Of a stretch of 64,000 nt of DNA, positions 19,222 through 29,837 are shown piece after piece. The stretch is taken from contig JBFWLW010000002.1 of NCBI GenBank assembly GCA_050251945.1, positions 32,001-96,000 of the forward strand. Reading direction: 5' to 3'. Both the position numbers and the translations under genes were made by a program. Position 1 is the first letter of the stretch. Each line of letters starts with the position of its first letter. Below the pieces are notes generated by a model. The model was not told the origin of the DNA and did no database searches. It worked only from the letters and a program-made list of their open reading frames with translations. The stretch comes from Deferribacterales bacterium (GTDB lineage Bacteria > Chrysiogenota > Deferribacteres > Deferribacterales > Geovibrionaceae).

Positions 19222-19499
19222 GTGTGATTATAACAGACAGCTGCACTGCATGCGGCAAATGCATGAAACAATGTCCTGCCGGAGCTATTATGAAATCGGC
19301 GGAAGGTTATGCAATTGACACAGGTAAATGCACCTTATGCGGGTTATGCATTGATATTTGTCCGGCAGGTGCAATCATGAGAACAGCCGGGGACACAAAA
19401 CAACCGACTGCAAAACACATCAGAAGGCGCCGCGGTCAAAAAATACACTACAGAAATGGAAGTTTTCTTTCAAGACTTGTTCACAGACTTCATCTTTAA
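19218..19499 (+). CDS. 2x[4Fe-4S] ferredoxin-like protein with basic tail
   Basis: CTACGKCMKQCP and CTLCGLCIDICP; ATGA overlap with marR. Confidence 0.8.
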   Translation: MSVIITDSCTACGKCMKQCPAGAIMKSAEGYAIDTGKCTLCGLCIDICPAGAIMRTAGDTKQPTAKHIRRRRGQKIHYRNGSFLSRLVHRLHL

Positions 19500-19551
19500 T
19501 GCCGGGGTTAGTATATAACCCCGACAAAAAAAACGGGAAACGAAATACAGG

Positions 19552-19977
19552 TCAAAAAACTCCGATGCGTTTTGCATTTTCAAGAGCTTTCACAGTAAGC
19601 ATCTCGCCTTCATCCACCACCTCTTCAAGCGTAGAAAACCCGAATTTATGGGCATTGCGGTGGAATTTTTGCAGGAAAATATAGTCCTCGTAAACCAGAA
19701 GAGCCCTGCCGAACCCTTCGGTGTTGATATCAAGAACTGTTATTACCATCTTTCCGCACTGTTCCTCAGCATAAAGGGCAACAGCTTCGTAATAAAGGCG
19801 TATCTTTGCTACAGTCTCAGGTGAGATGGAGGCAAAGACATCTATCTTCTTCTTATCCTCTTTCGTGAGGACATAATATCTGGTCATAAGCGTATCGTCC
19901 GCCACGTTCTTCCATATGTTGTGCGGATCGTGGGAACGGATCTTTGTTATAAGTGCGTCCTTAAAAGTTTTCGCCAT
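19552..19977 (-). CDS. NifX-associated nitrogen fixation protein (DUF269-like)
   Basis: IRSHDPHNIW, RLYYEAVA, DINTEGFGRALL, RNAHKFGFSTLE; follows nifX. Confidence 0.8.
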   Translation of the reverse strand: MAKTFKDALITKIRSHDPHNIWKNVADDTLMTRYYVLTKEDKKKIDVFASISPETVAKIRLYYEAVALYAEEQCGKMVITVLDINTEGFGRALLVYEDYIFLQKFHRNAHKFGFSTLEEVVDEGEMLTVKALENAKRIGVF

Positions 19978-19987
19978 AAAAGAATCC

Positions 19988-20368
19988 TTATTCCGGCTGT
20001 CTGTCTCTGTACAGAGCTTTTTTAAGCCACGGAGCGGGGTTTCCGCCCAGAGTTGTCTTGAGGTTCTCAAGTATTTCAGCTATCGGCACAGGGTCGTTCA
20101 CTTTAACGGGGTGTATCTTATTCTTGATTACGTGCGCGGCGGCGGGTCCGCCTATCTGTGCAACATAAAGTATTGCGCAGTCAGAAAGTTTCTCAGCTTT
20201 CGAGCCTGTGTCGAGTTTATGTTCTTCACCTTCTTCCTGCTCTGCGAACTCACGCACTTCGCTTAAGGAGTATGACTTTTCGTCTATCTCATAGATGGCA
20301 ACTTTCGTCGCTCTGCCGTAATGCTCGTCAACAGTTTTAAGATCGTTCGTACAAAAACCGATTTTCAT
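19988..20368 (-). CDS. nifX: Nitrogen fixation protein NifX
   Basis: MKIGFCTNDLKTVDEHYG, CAILYVAQIGGPAAA, IHPVKV, PAPWLKKAL. Confidence 0.9.
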   Translation of the reverse strand: MKIGFCTNDLKTVDEHYGRATKVAIYEIDEKSYSLSEVREFAEQEEGEEHKLDTGSKAEKLSDCAILYVAQIGGPAAAHVIKNKIHPVKVNDPVPIAEILENLKTTLGGNPAPWLKKALYRDRQPE

Positions 20369-20378
20369 AATATTCCCC

Positions 20379-21689
20379 CTAGTGACCCGACCTTTCAATG
20401 TCGAGGGTCATGCATATATTTCCTATGTCAAAAGCAAGCATCATAGCGCCGTAGTAACCGATGAAGGTTCTGTGGAAGTGTCCCAGATAATCTTTGACCG
20501 GATAGCCTACGCGATAGAGCGGCTTGTGCGCCCTGTGACACATGGGTGTAGCGTTTGAATTGGCTATTATAAAGTCGGAAGCCTTTGAATATTCCTCAAG
20601 GTCTTCCAGATCGCCCATTATGATATTCTCCGTCGGCAGGTTTTCAAACACGCCGTGGCGCGAGGTTGTCACTGCCGTTTCAAGTCTTATGCCCATCTCT
20701 TTCGTAAGATAGTTCCCAAGACCGTACAGCAGATCGGGTTCACCCGCTATTGAAAAGCTCTTTCCGCTGAAACTGAAATGAGCGTCAAGCAGTGCATCCA
20801 CAGCTCTTTGACGCTGGATACGCATCCATGCGGGAGCCTGTTTGCCCGTGTAGTCCATCAGCCATGAAATGAGTTCGTCTGTCGCCTCAATACCTGTGAG
20901 TGTGTCGAATTTTTTATAGGGAACCGTGCAGCGCTCAAGGAGTATATCCGCAGAAGCTTCCATACAGCCGCCCACAACTATTGAGAAATCGGCGTGAGCC
21001 ATCTTTTTGATAGTGTCGATGGACGTTCCCTCTTCCGGCAGACCGTAGAAGTGATTCACCTGACCGCCCATGCTTGCAGACAGGTCGGGATAAACAATAA
21101 CATCCAGCCCGAAAGCCTCAAACGTACGTTTCATCCAGTCTATGTCGCCTGCCGTCAGGTGCATACCGGCAAGGATGTTCACCATCTTTCTGGTTCTGTA
21201 GTCGGTTCTCACCGCAGGCTCTATCAGAAGAGCAAGCGTAGCCGCGCAGGCAGCTCCGTACCCTGTCTCGGCATCCCCTTTGAAATCGGGGCATGCGACG
21301 GGAACGACAGGTGTGCTGTCGTACCGGGGATATTTTTCGCGGAAGCGGATAAGGCTTCCTTTGATATCGTCCCCGCGCACCTCTGTCATACCGGTGGTGA
21401 CAAGCCCTATGAAATCAGGCTTCTGCTTATCAATGACGTTTGCGATACCTTCGTGAAGGTTGCTGTCGTCACCGATGATGGTGGCTATGTCAAACACAGC
21501 GGTGGACTGCATGGGAGTGACCTCTCTGTAGTGCTGTGTCAGAAAGTTCTTTGTAAATGCCATACATCCCTGCGCGCCGTGAACCAGAGGCATAACCCTG
21601 TGCATACCGAGGAAAGCGGTTATAGCACCCATTATGGCTCCTTTCTTCAGCGGGTTAACAGACAGCGGTTTTTCGATTATCTTAACCAA
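20379..21689 (-). CDS. nifN: FeMo-co scaffold subunit NifN
   Basis: VNPLK, PLVHGAQGC, HYREVTPMQST, GYPVKDYLG; overlaps nifE. Confidence 0.92.
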   Translation of the reverse strand: MVKIIEKPLSVNPLKKGAIMGAITAFLGMHRVMPLVHGAQGCMAFTKNFLTQHYREVTPMQSTAVFDIATIIGDDSNLHEGIANVIDKQKPDFIGLVTTGMTEVRGDDIKGSLIRFREKYPRYDSTPVVPVACPDFKGDAETGYGAACAATLALLIEPAVRTDYRTRKMVNILAGMHLTAGDIDWMKRTFEAFGLDVIVYPDLSASMGGQVNHFYGLPEEGTSIDTIKKMAHADFSIVVGGCMEASADILLERCTVPYKKFDTLTGIEATDELISWLMDYTGKQAPAWMRIQRQRAVDALLDAHFSFSGKSFSIAGEPDLLYGLGNYLTKEMGIRLETAVTTSRHGVFENLPTENIIMGDLEDLEEYSKASDFIIANSNATPMCHRAHKPLYRVGYPVKDYLGHFHRTFIGYYGAMMLAFDIGNICMTLDIERSGH

Positions 21690-23052
21690 AGCTGACCTCC
21701 CACGGAGCAGGCTTCTTAACTATGGAGAACACGGGGGATGTCAGCGTTCCGCATATTTTCTGCGCAAGCACCAGCGAACCTTCGTATCCGGCGAATGCAA
21801 AGTGTCTCTCCTGATTCACATCCACGAAAGGAACCTGTCCCTTCATGGCGTTGTACATATTCCGTCCGCCCGCAAGGAACAGATCGGCATCGTATTCTTT
21901 CATATATTTCAGAAGGGTCTTTCCGTCCCCTTTGGGCATCAGACCGTCTTCGTTTCCTTCAAAGTATTCAAGTATTCTGGCGATATCCTCTTCCGTTGAT
22001 TTTCTGGTGCTGGATTTGATAACTTCCATGCCCAGTTCTTCAAGCTGTTTGAGTATCGACCAGCTCTTCACGCCGCCTGTATACACAAGCACTTTCTTGC
22101 CTTTCATTATAGGAAGATAGGGAGCAAGCTGCTCCATTGTTTCCTTCTCTTTTCTGGCGGTGAGTTCCCCGACCTTCTTTTTCAGCAGGTCGCTGCCCAT
22201 CATCTCCGCTATCTGCATGAGTGTTTTCTTTGTTTCGCCCATACCGTAGAATGAGCCTTCAAAATAGGGTATTCCGTATTTTTCATCGAGCTGACGCGCA
22301 AGCGATATCAGAGCGCGGCTGCATATGACCACGCTGAGTTTCGAGCGGTGTGCATAGCACAGTTCGTCGTACGTGGCGTTGCCTGTCATCTTGCTGAAAA
22401 GGCTGATGCCAAGCTCTTCAAAAAGCGGCTCAACCTGAAAAAGCTCACCTGCGATGTTGTATTCCCCGATAAGGTTTATGGGGAACATAGGTACGTTCTC
22501 CGGTTCTTTCGTTCCTATGACGTGGTTAAAAAGCGCATAGCCTGCAAATTTATTTCCGAGGTTCTTGCTGCCGGAAAATCCGGGCGAATCCACTGGAATG
22601 ACCTGAAGCCCAAGTTCATCGGTCATCTCTTTTGCGACAGTATCGATATCCTCGCCTGTCATAGCCGTAACGCATGTTGAATAGATAAAGACAGCTTTGG
22701 GCTTAAACTTGCGTGCAACATAGCGCACCGATTCCTTAAGCTTTTTTTCGCCGCCGAACACTATGTCCAGCTCGTTCATATCGGTGGTCATGCCGTATTG
22801 ATGGAGGTTGCCCACATGTGTGCGGGTACCTCTGTTGTTGTAGCTTTGTCCGCAGCATGTTATCGGACCATGAATGATGTGTGCCGCATCCGCAACGGGA
22901 AGCAGGACTATCTGTGCGCCGTCGAAAGCGCATCCGCCTGCTGTCGCCCCGGGAGTGGGCTTTTTGCATGCTTCTTTTTTCTGCTCTGCCGTTTTCTTTT
23001 GATTATGATCGCAGCCCGGCTCTTCCGTAAGCTGCTGAATTGCCAGTCTCAT
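21682..23052 (-). CDS. nifE: FeMo-co scaffold subunit NifE
   Basis: GGCAFDGA, HGPITC, YSTCV, ICSRAL, YTGGVKSWS, DVNQERH. Confidence 0.95.
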   Translation of the reverse strand: MRLAIQQLTEEPGCDHNQKKTAEQKKEACKKPTPGATAGGCAFDGAQIVLLPVADAAHIIHGPITCCGQSYNNRGTRTHVGNLHQYGMTTDMNELDIVFGGEKKLKESVRYVARKFKPKAVFIYSTCVTAMTGEDIDTVAKEMTDELGLQVIPVDSPGFSGSKNLGNKFAGYALFNHVIGTKEPENVPMFPINLIGEYNIAGELFQVEPLFEELGISLFSKMTGNATYDELCYAHRSKLSVVICSRALISLARQLDEKYGIPYFEGSFYGMGETKKTLMQIAEMMGSDLLKKKVGELTARKEKETMEQLAPYLPIMKGKKVLVYTGGVKSWSILKQLEELGMEVIKSSTRKSTEEDIARILEYFEGNEDGLMPKGDGKTLLKYMKEYDADLFLAGGRNMYNAMKGQVPFVDVNQERHFAFAGYEGSLVLAQKICGTLTSPVFSIVKKPAPWEVSFG

Positions 23053-23070
23053 AGCTTCTCCTTAGAGACT

Positions 23071-23283
23071 TCAGTCTCCTCTGGTGAGCAGTTTAGCCTC
23101 CATAGTTCTCGGCAGTACAGGTTCTGCGTCCAATGTTTCAAACTCCAGCACCCAGCCGTTTGCCAGAGTAAATTCACCGCCCCATGCACCCTTTTGCTCA
23201 ATAGAGACCACTATCTGTTCCATGTCTTTTTTAGGGACGTATACTGAGTATACGTCCCCTTTTTTATTAAGTGTCACCTTCAT
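23071..23283 (-). CDS. nifT: NifT/FixU protein
   Basis: SVYVPKKDMEQIVV..WGGEFTLANGW..LPRTMEAK. Confidence 0.88.
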   Translation of the reverse strand: MKVTLNKKGDVYSVYVPKKDMEQIVVSIEQKGAWGGEFTLANGWVLEFETLDAEPVLPRTMEAKLLTRGD

Positions 23284-23287
23284 AGAC

Positions 23288-24796
23288 TTATCGAAGGATG
23301 TCGTAGCTTGTTGTGTACATAGTCTTTTTGTCTATGTCGTCAAGCATACGGTTTACTATCCATGTCATCATTTGAAGTCCGCCTTTGTATCCTATTGTAG
23401 GATATCTGTGCAGGTGGTGTCTGTCCTGAAGCGGGAAGCCTATTCTGCAAAGAGCAATGCCGGTATCTCTTTCAAGATATTTAGCATATGAGTTGCCTAT
23501 TATCATATCCACAGGCTCTGTGAAGAGCAGTGAACGGAAGTGCCACATGTCTTTTCCTGCCCAGATCTGAGCGCCTTTGGCGAACTCATATTTGGAAAGG
23601 TTTTCTTTTGTCTCAGCTTCCCAGTCTTTTGAACCGTTTGAAACGAGAACGTGGATGGGCTCGCCGCCCATTTCCATAACGACTCTGCAAAGACCGTACG
23701 CAAGGTCAGGGTCGCCGTTGATGCCGAATGTTTTGCCGTGGATCCAGTAATAGGAATCCGCGATGGCATCCACAAGCTGACCTCTTTCGTATTCGAGTTC
23801 AGCAGGAACGGGCTTGCCTGTCAGTTCGGCGATTGCCATTACCAGTTCGTCAGTACCTTCAACACCGTAAGGGTTGACCACTTTAACAGGTTGTCCCCAC
23901 TCTTTTTCGATAAACTCTGCTGTCTTGATGAGAGACCATTTCTGAAGCAGAAGTGTGCCTTTGGAGTTGGGTGCATCTCTGAGGTCGTCAAGAGGAGTGC
24001 CGCCTCTGTACATTTTGTATTCGCCGTCGGTGGGTGAGTTAAGTGTTTCAGAAGGATCTGAAAGCAGGTTTATCTCAGCACCGAACAGTTTGAAGATGCG
24101 TTTGATCTCGTCATAGTTTGCAAGATAGGTGTCAAAGCCCATAATAACGTTGATCTTGTCATTTTTGGTCTCTTTTTTAACGCCCATCTGCTGAAGGATA
24201 GCCATCATTGTGTTGTCATAGCCGACAATGTGAGAACCCACAAATGAGGGGGTATGTGCAAATGTCACGGGGAAATCGGCGGGGATGAATCCTTGTTCTT
24301 TAGAGTTTTTTACGAAAGAGTTAAGGTCATCACCGATAACTTCTGACATGCAAGATGTTACTATTGTTATCATTTTAGGGCTGTAGAGTTCATATGTGTT
24401 CTGCAGACCCAGATAAAGTGCATTGTGTCCGCCGAAAACCGCTGCATCCTCAGTCATGGCGTCGCATGATGTGGGGAAGGGTTCGCGGAAGTGACGCATA
24501 AAGTGCGAACGGAAGTATGACGCACAGCCTTGTGAACCGTGTACGAAGGGCATAGTGCCTTCAAAACCGATTGCTGCGAACAGACCGCCTGAGGGCTGGC
24601 AAGCCTTCAGAGGGTTAACGACGAGATCCTGTCTTTTGAAGTTAAGGTCTCTGTATTCCTGTGTTTTTGTCCACTCAAGTGTTTCCTGAACTTTTGCGTC
24701 TGTTTCAGCGTTTTCATATTTTGCTTTTTCAGCAAACATATCCTGATATTCGCAGCCGTTAAACAGGGAAACGTGGTCTTTTATTTTTTCACTCAT
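23288..24796 (-). CDS. nifK: Nitrogenase MoFe protein beta chain
   Basis: NPLKACQP, HGSQGC, TEDAAVFGG, SCMSEVIGDD, HTPSFVGSH, GFPLQDRHHLH. Confidence 0.97.
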   Translation of the reverse strand: MSEKIKDHVSLFNGCEYQDMFAEKAKYENAETDAKVQETLEWTKTQEYRDLNFKRQDLVVNPLKACQPSGGLFAAIGFEGTMPFVHGSQGCASYFRSHFMRHFREPFPTSCDAMTEDAAVFGGHNALYLGLQNTYELYSPKMITIVTSCMSEVIGDDLNSFVKNSKEQGFIPADFPVTFAHTPSFVGSHIVGYDNTMMAILQQMGVKKETKNDKINVIMGFDTYLANYDEIKRIFKLFGAEINLLSDPSETLNSPTDGEYKMYRGGTPLDDLRDAPNSKGTLLLQKWSLIKTAEFIEKEWGQPVKVVNPYGVEGTDELVMAIAELTGKPVPAELEYERGQLVDAIADSYYWIHGKTFGINGDPDLAYGLCRVVMEMGGEPIHVLVSNGSKDWEAETKENLSKYEFAKGAQIWAGKDMWHFRSLLFTEPVDMIIGNSYAKYLERDTGIALCRIGFPLQDRHHLHRYPTIGYKGGLQMMTWIVNRMLDDIDKKTMYTTSYDILR

Positions 24797-24827
24797 TTTA
24801 ATCTCCTTTCCTTAATTTCCGGTCAGA

Positions 24828-26270
24828 TCATTTCCACGGGGGAGTGATCTTTTTCCAGATGGCTCCGTTTACAGCCATATCCATATCTCTTGCGAATACT
24901 TTGAAGCCGTCTACGCCGTGGTAGGGGCCTGAGTAATCCCATGAGTGCATCTGGCGGAAGGGGATACCCTGTTTCTGCGTTGAATATTTTTCCTTGATAC
25001 CGGAACCGACAAGGTCGGGTTTGAAGTTCTCAAGGAGTTTTTCCATTTCGTATTCGTTCATGTCGTCTACGATGAACGTAGTGTTTTCAACATATTCAAG
25101 GGTTCTTGCGTAGTCGTCGTTGTGAGCGAACTCATAACCTGTGATGACAACCTGAACACCGAGGTCGCGGAAAGCGGGGATGATGTGTCTGGGGCGAAGA
25201 CCGCCGACAAACAGCATACAGTTCTTGCCGTCAAGTCTCGGTTTGAACTTGCTCACTATTTCATCGAACTGAGGCTGAAATTTCTCAGCGATTATTTTTT
25301 CAGTCTGCTGCTGAATCTTTTCATCAAAATGAGAAGCTATCTTTCTCATGCTTTTTATAATCTGAGTGGGACCGAAGAAGTTGAACTCAACCCACGGGAT
25401 ACCGAATTTTTCTTCCACATATCTTGATATGTAGTTCATTGAACGGTAGCAGTGCAGAAGTACAACCTTTGCTTTTGTAAGGTTCGCAATTTCGCTTACA
25501 GTTGAATCGCCTGTGGACTGGGAAATAACGTTAAGTCCCATCTCCTCAAGTATTTTTCTTGAGCTCCATGCGTCACCGCCGATGTTGTAGTCGGCAAGCA
25601 GAGCCACGTTATAAGGGCTGTCTTCAATCTCAACACCCTGAACGTCTTTTTCATATATCCAGTCGCGAAGTGAGTCGTTTGCGATGTGGTGACCCAGTGA
25701 CTGGGAAACACCGCGGAAACCTTCACAGCGGCAGGGGATTACAGGTTTTCCGATCTCTTTGGATGTCGCTCTGGAAACCGCTTCGATGTCGTCACCAATA
25801 AGACCGATGGGACATTCGGAAAGAACGGAAACGCCTTTGTTCAGAGGGAAAAGCTCGTTAGCCTCTTTTATGAGGTTTGTGAGCATTTTATCGCCGCCGA
25901 AAACGATGTCTTTTTCCTGAAAGTCGGATGTTATCTGCATAGTCACAAAGTTGTTGATTCCTGCGGTTCCGTTTGCAAAGTTACGTCTTGCAGACCATGA
26001 ATACTGACCGCAGCCAACAGGTCCGTGGCTGATGTGTATCATATCTTTGATGGGTCCGAAAACCACACCTTTTGCTCCCGCATATGCGCAGCCTCTCATA
26101 GACATAACGCCGGGACGTATTTTTCTGTTGGAGTTAATTCCGCATTTTACGTCTTCGGATTTAACAACCTCCAGTTTTTTCTTTCTGTCTTTTTTGGTTC
26201 CGTCGTTGTAGCCTTCAAGGATTTCCTCCATGACCTCAACGCCGTGTTCATGTACATTTTTACCAGACAT
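24828..26270 (-). CDS. nifD: Nitrogenase MoFe protein alpha chain (no group-II insertion)
   Basis: [53 protein letters not shown]. Confidence 0.97.
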   Translation of the reverse strand: MSGKNVHEHGVEVMEEILEGYNDGTKKDRKKKLEVVKSEDVKCGINSNRKIRPGVMSMRGCAYAGAKGVVFGPIKDMIHISHGPVGCGQYSWSARRNFANGTAGINNFVTMQITSDFQEKDIVFGGDKMLTNLIKEANELFPLNKGVSVLSECPIGLIGDDIEAVSRATSKEIGKPVIPCRCEGFRGVSQSLGHHIANDSLRDWIYEKDVQGVEIEDSPYNVALLADYNIGGDAWSSRKILEEMGLNVISQSTGDSTVSEIANLTKAKVVLLHCYRSMNYISRYVEEKFGIPWVEFNFFGPTQIIKSMRKIASHFDEKIQQQTEKIIAEKFQPQFDEIVSKFKPRLDGKNCMLFVGGLRPRHIIPAFRDLGVQVVITGYEFAHNDDYARTLEYVENTTFIVDDMNEYEMEKLLENFKPDLVGSGIKEKYSTQKQGIPFRQMHSWDYSGPYHGVDGFKVFARDMDMAVNGAIWKKITPPWK

Positions 26271-26310
26271 AGATTGACCTCTTAATTTTCAGTACAGTCG
26301 CTGATTAAAC

Positions 26311-26380
26311 GTGGTGTCTCGAAAATGCCTGAAGAATCCGGCGGTCTGCCGAATAGGAAAGGCACTTTGAGACTTCCCAC
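26311..26380 (-). other. Long imperfect stem-loop in nifH-nifD spacer
   Basis: GTGG-TGTCTC-GAAAATGCCT..CGGC/GCCG..AGGCACTTTGAGAC-TTCCCAC. Confidence 0.55.
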
Positions 26381-26400
26381 TCTTTTTAATTCCTATGGGG

Positions 26401-27288
<888 letters not shown>

Positions 27289-27310
27289 TTATCGTTGTCG
27301 GGTATTATGT

Positions 27311-27561
27311 AGCATTAGCCGTGCCAGTTTTTGCAACTTACTGATAAAACGTTGCTATTCATACATTTGCATTTTCCGTGCCGTTTTCGTCGCGTATCTG
27401 CCCGATAAATGCTCAACGCAATTTGTAACAAACCTTACAATGGCGATAAAAGTTATTATTTTAAGTGTTTTAGAACGTGACAGCACTATTTTTGGATTTT
27501 TTATTCTCTGATTTCGTCAGTTTTCCTGACCCTATTGGTAAAAATTGTAATGTTTATTACA
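27311..27561 (-). promoter_or_regulatory. nifH sigma54 promoter with IHF-like site and two NifA UAS
   Basis: TGGCAC-GGCTA-ATGCT (27311-27326); TATCAGTAAGTTG (27334-27346); TGT-N10-ACA at 27424-27439 and 27546-27561. Confidence 0.8.
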
Positions 27562-27853
27562 CATTCAAATATGAATCTTTACTGATTAAAAAAGCATCAA
27601 CTGATTATTTTTTGTTCTCCGGTCAACGGTTTTTCTGTCTGACCGATAATTCAGTGTTCAGAGAGCAGCTCACTTCTGTTCACAATACAGCATCAAACAC
27701 AGAGTATATTCAGACAATAACTATATGTTTTTCAGTCTTTACATTTTTTATTTTTAACCGCCACAATCATTTCCAGAAGCTGAACACATGTAAATCAGTT
27801 TTACTCTTGAACTAAACATTGAATGGTTTATATAAGAGTCATGGAGGTGTGCT

Positions 27854-28300
27854 ATGATACACAAGATGACACACTGCCTTCTTATGATTTTCGCTGTAAT
27901 ATTTACAGTTCACACAGCGGATGCCTTTGAGATAGGCGATACGGTTAAGGCTGTCGGAAAGACGGGAAAGGTTTACGAAGCGAAGATAGCTTCTGTGGCT
28001 CTCAGCAAAAGTCTTCTTCTCATCAGAGAAGACGGGACTCAATTCAAAGTACCTGTTTCAGGTATAAAGGCAATTCATAATATAGAAAACAAACTTTACA
28101 AGGCTGCAAACGGAACGTTCATGAAAGTGGTCAAAATAGTCACAAAGGACGGGACTACACTTATGGGCGGAGTTAATGTCAGCGCCACTGTGGCAATTGA
28201 GCATGGAAACGGCATAGTCACAAATCTTATGCTGCCGGACATGCACCGCTTTCACTCAATAGAAACCGATAACAGGATAGCGGTCAGCAGTATTCAATAA
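27854..28300 (+). CDS. Hypothetical exported protein
   Basis: GGAGG SD, signal-peptide-like N terminus ending TADA; beta-rich; no recognised family. Confidence 0.65.
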   Translation: MIHKMTHCLLMIFAVIFTVHTADAFEIGDTVKAVGKTGKVYEAKIASVALSKSLLLIREDGTQFKVPVSGIKAIHNIENKLYKAANGTFMKVVKIVTKDGTTLMGGVNVSATVAIEHGNGIVTNLMLPDMHRFHSIETDNRIAVSSIQ

Positions 28301-28305
28301 CTTAA

Positions 28306-28491
28306 AGGGCGGTCTCTTAACCGCCCTCTGATTGTTGACAAACTTGTTAAAAGTTAATGAGATTGCCGCGTCAGCCTACAGCTTCCTCGCAATGACAGCA
28401 ATTTACGTCTTCGCGAGGAGCGCATGCGACGACGCGATCTCGCATTTTACTGATTTTGTCATCAGTCTGAGGGAGGTCTCTGAACCGCCCT
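28306..28491. mobile_element. MITE-like element (142 bp, 28328-28469), inverted near-copy of element at 5861-6002
   Basis: Flanks AGGGCGGTCTCTTAACCGCCCT / AGGGAGGTCTCTGAACCGCCCT; about 7 mismatches to element 1 by eye. Confidence 0.8.
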
Positions 28492-28922
28492 TACTCTTTA
28501 TTAAGCACTATAAATCTTTCATTAAGTATCGGCGCGAGAATGGCAATCACATCTGACGGGCGAAGACCGCCCTTTCCGCATCCCGGAAGCGGCATATATA
28601 CCTTTTCCCAGCCTATCTGATCCACCAGCATCACAAGTTCCAGTCCGGAGCGCTTTATAAGCCCCAAATCGGCACGCTCCTGCCAGCTGTGTTCAACGGG
28701 GAAGCTGACTATCATATTATCCAGATGATGCACGTGATTGCCGAACTGGTCAACGAGATACCCCAGCTTCGCATCAAGCCATGGCTGCACTTCACCCACC
28801 TGTTTCGCATTTCCGGAACCGAGATTTGCCTTGCCGTTCTTTCTCACAGTGCCGTTTGTGGTTATCACAACCGGATCTTTGCCCACATGGTCCAGAAGAT
28901 CACCCGTTTCAAATTGCATCAT
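28491..28922 (-). CDS. Macrodomain (DarG/TARG1-like) ADP-ribose-binding protein
   Basis: TGDLL, VITTNG, GSGNAKQ, IVSFPVEHSW, MPLPGCGKGGL; overlaps draG stop. Confidence 0.75.
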   Translation of the reverse strand: MMQFETGDLLDHVGKDPVVITTNGTVRKNGKANLGSGNAKQVGEVQPWLDAKLGYLVDQFGNHVHHLDNMIVSFPVEHSWQERADLGLIKRSGLELVMLVDQIGWEKVYMPLPGCGKGGLRPSDVIAILAPILNERFIVLNKE

Positions 28923-29802
28923 GCACCCTCACTTCCAGATTTAAAAGTTTGCCGGTCTGTTCGGAAACGGCATCCACAACTTTTGTTTCCAGCTTTCTAA
29001 GCCATTTTGAAGGAATATTGTTAACCCCGTAAAGCGCACCTGCCAGCATACCCGCAATGGCGCCGTTGGTATCCGCATCACCGCCCTGATTGACGGTATT
29101 CACCAGAGTGTCCTCGAAATATTCGCCCTCTGCAAAATAATGCATCACTGTCTTAAAGGTGTCCACGACGTATCCTGAACATTCGCCTTTGTAATTTGAA
29201 TACGAATACTTCGGGAACTCCCTTATGAGTCTGTTGCCTATGGCAAGCGACTTCAATTTGTCGCCGCTTGTAAATAACTCCCGCATCATCTCGCCGAAAA
29301 CCAGCGTAATGCGGTCGGAATGTTCGTTGTTATGCGTGAGCCTGCTCTGGGCAAGCGACATCTCTTCAAACATTGACCAGTCCTTAAGGCTGTAAAGCAC
29401 CAGCGGCAGGTTGCGCATAGCGCCTCCGTTGCCGGCGGACTGCTCCGAATAGGGTGATTCCACCCTGCCCGTGGTCACATAGTCCCGTAATCCGCGGCGC
29501 ACGGTGGAGCCGATATCAACAGGCTTGGATTTCATCCAGTTCACAAAGTGATCGGCGGCGGATGTCAGTCTGAATCCCTGCTGTTCGATTATGCTGTTGC
29601 CGAGCGCAAGACACATCTCCGTATCATCGGTCACTCTGCCCGCGCGAAGCTTAAGCCAGCCGCCACCTGTTATCCTGTTATGCACTCCAAACTGATCTTT
29701 TATCTCCCGCGGATTCATAAACTCTGTCGTGGCGCCGAGGGCGTCGCCGACCGCGAATCCGAGGTAACTTCCGAGCGCTCTCCGGAGAAGCTCATTTTTC
29801 AT
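28909..29802 (-). CDS. draG: ADP-ribosyl-[dinitrogen reductase] glycohydrolase
   Basis: GDALGATTEFM, GGGWLKL, TDDTEM, GNGGAMR, NQGGDADTNGAIAGM; nif/draT context. Confidence 0.92.
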   Translation of the reverse strand: MKNELLRRALGSYLGFAVGDALGATTEFMNPREIKDQFGVHNRITGGGWLKLRAGRVTDDTEMCLALGNSIIEQQGFRLTSAADHFVNWMKSKPVDIGSTVRRGLRDYVTTGRVESPYSEQSAGNGGAMRNLPLVLYSLKDWSMFEEMSLAQSRLTHNNEHSDRITLVFGEMMRELFTSGDKLKSLAIGNRLIREFPKYSYSNYKGECSGYVVDTFKTVMHYFAEGEYFEDTLVNTVNQGGDADTNGAIAGMLAGALYGVNNIPSKWLRKLETKVVDAVSEQTGKLLNLEVRVHDAI

Positions 29803-29837
29803 TTGCAAACTCCGCGGATTTCCTCTATTTGATTATC

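Noticed and set aside
27477..27815. 112-aa ORF upstream of nifH
   Set aside because: AT-rich regulatory DNA containing a NifA UAS; Phe/Ser-biased, no SD
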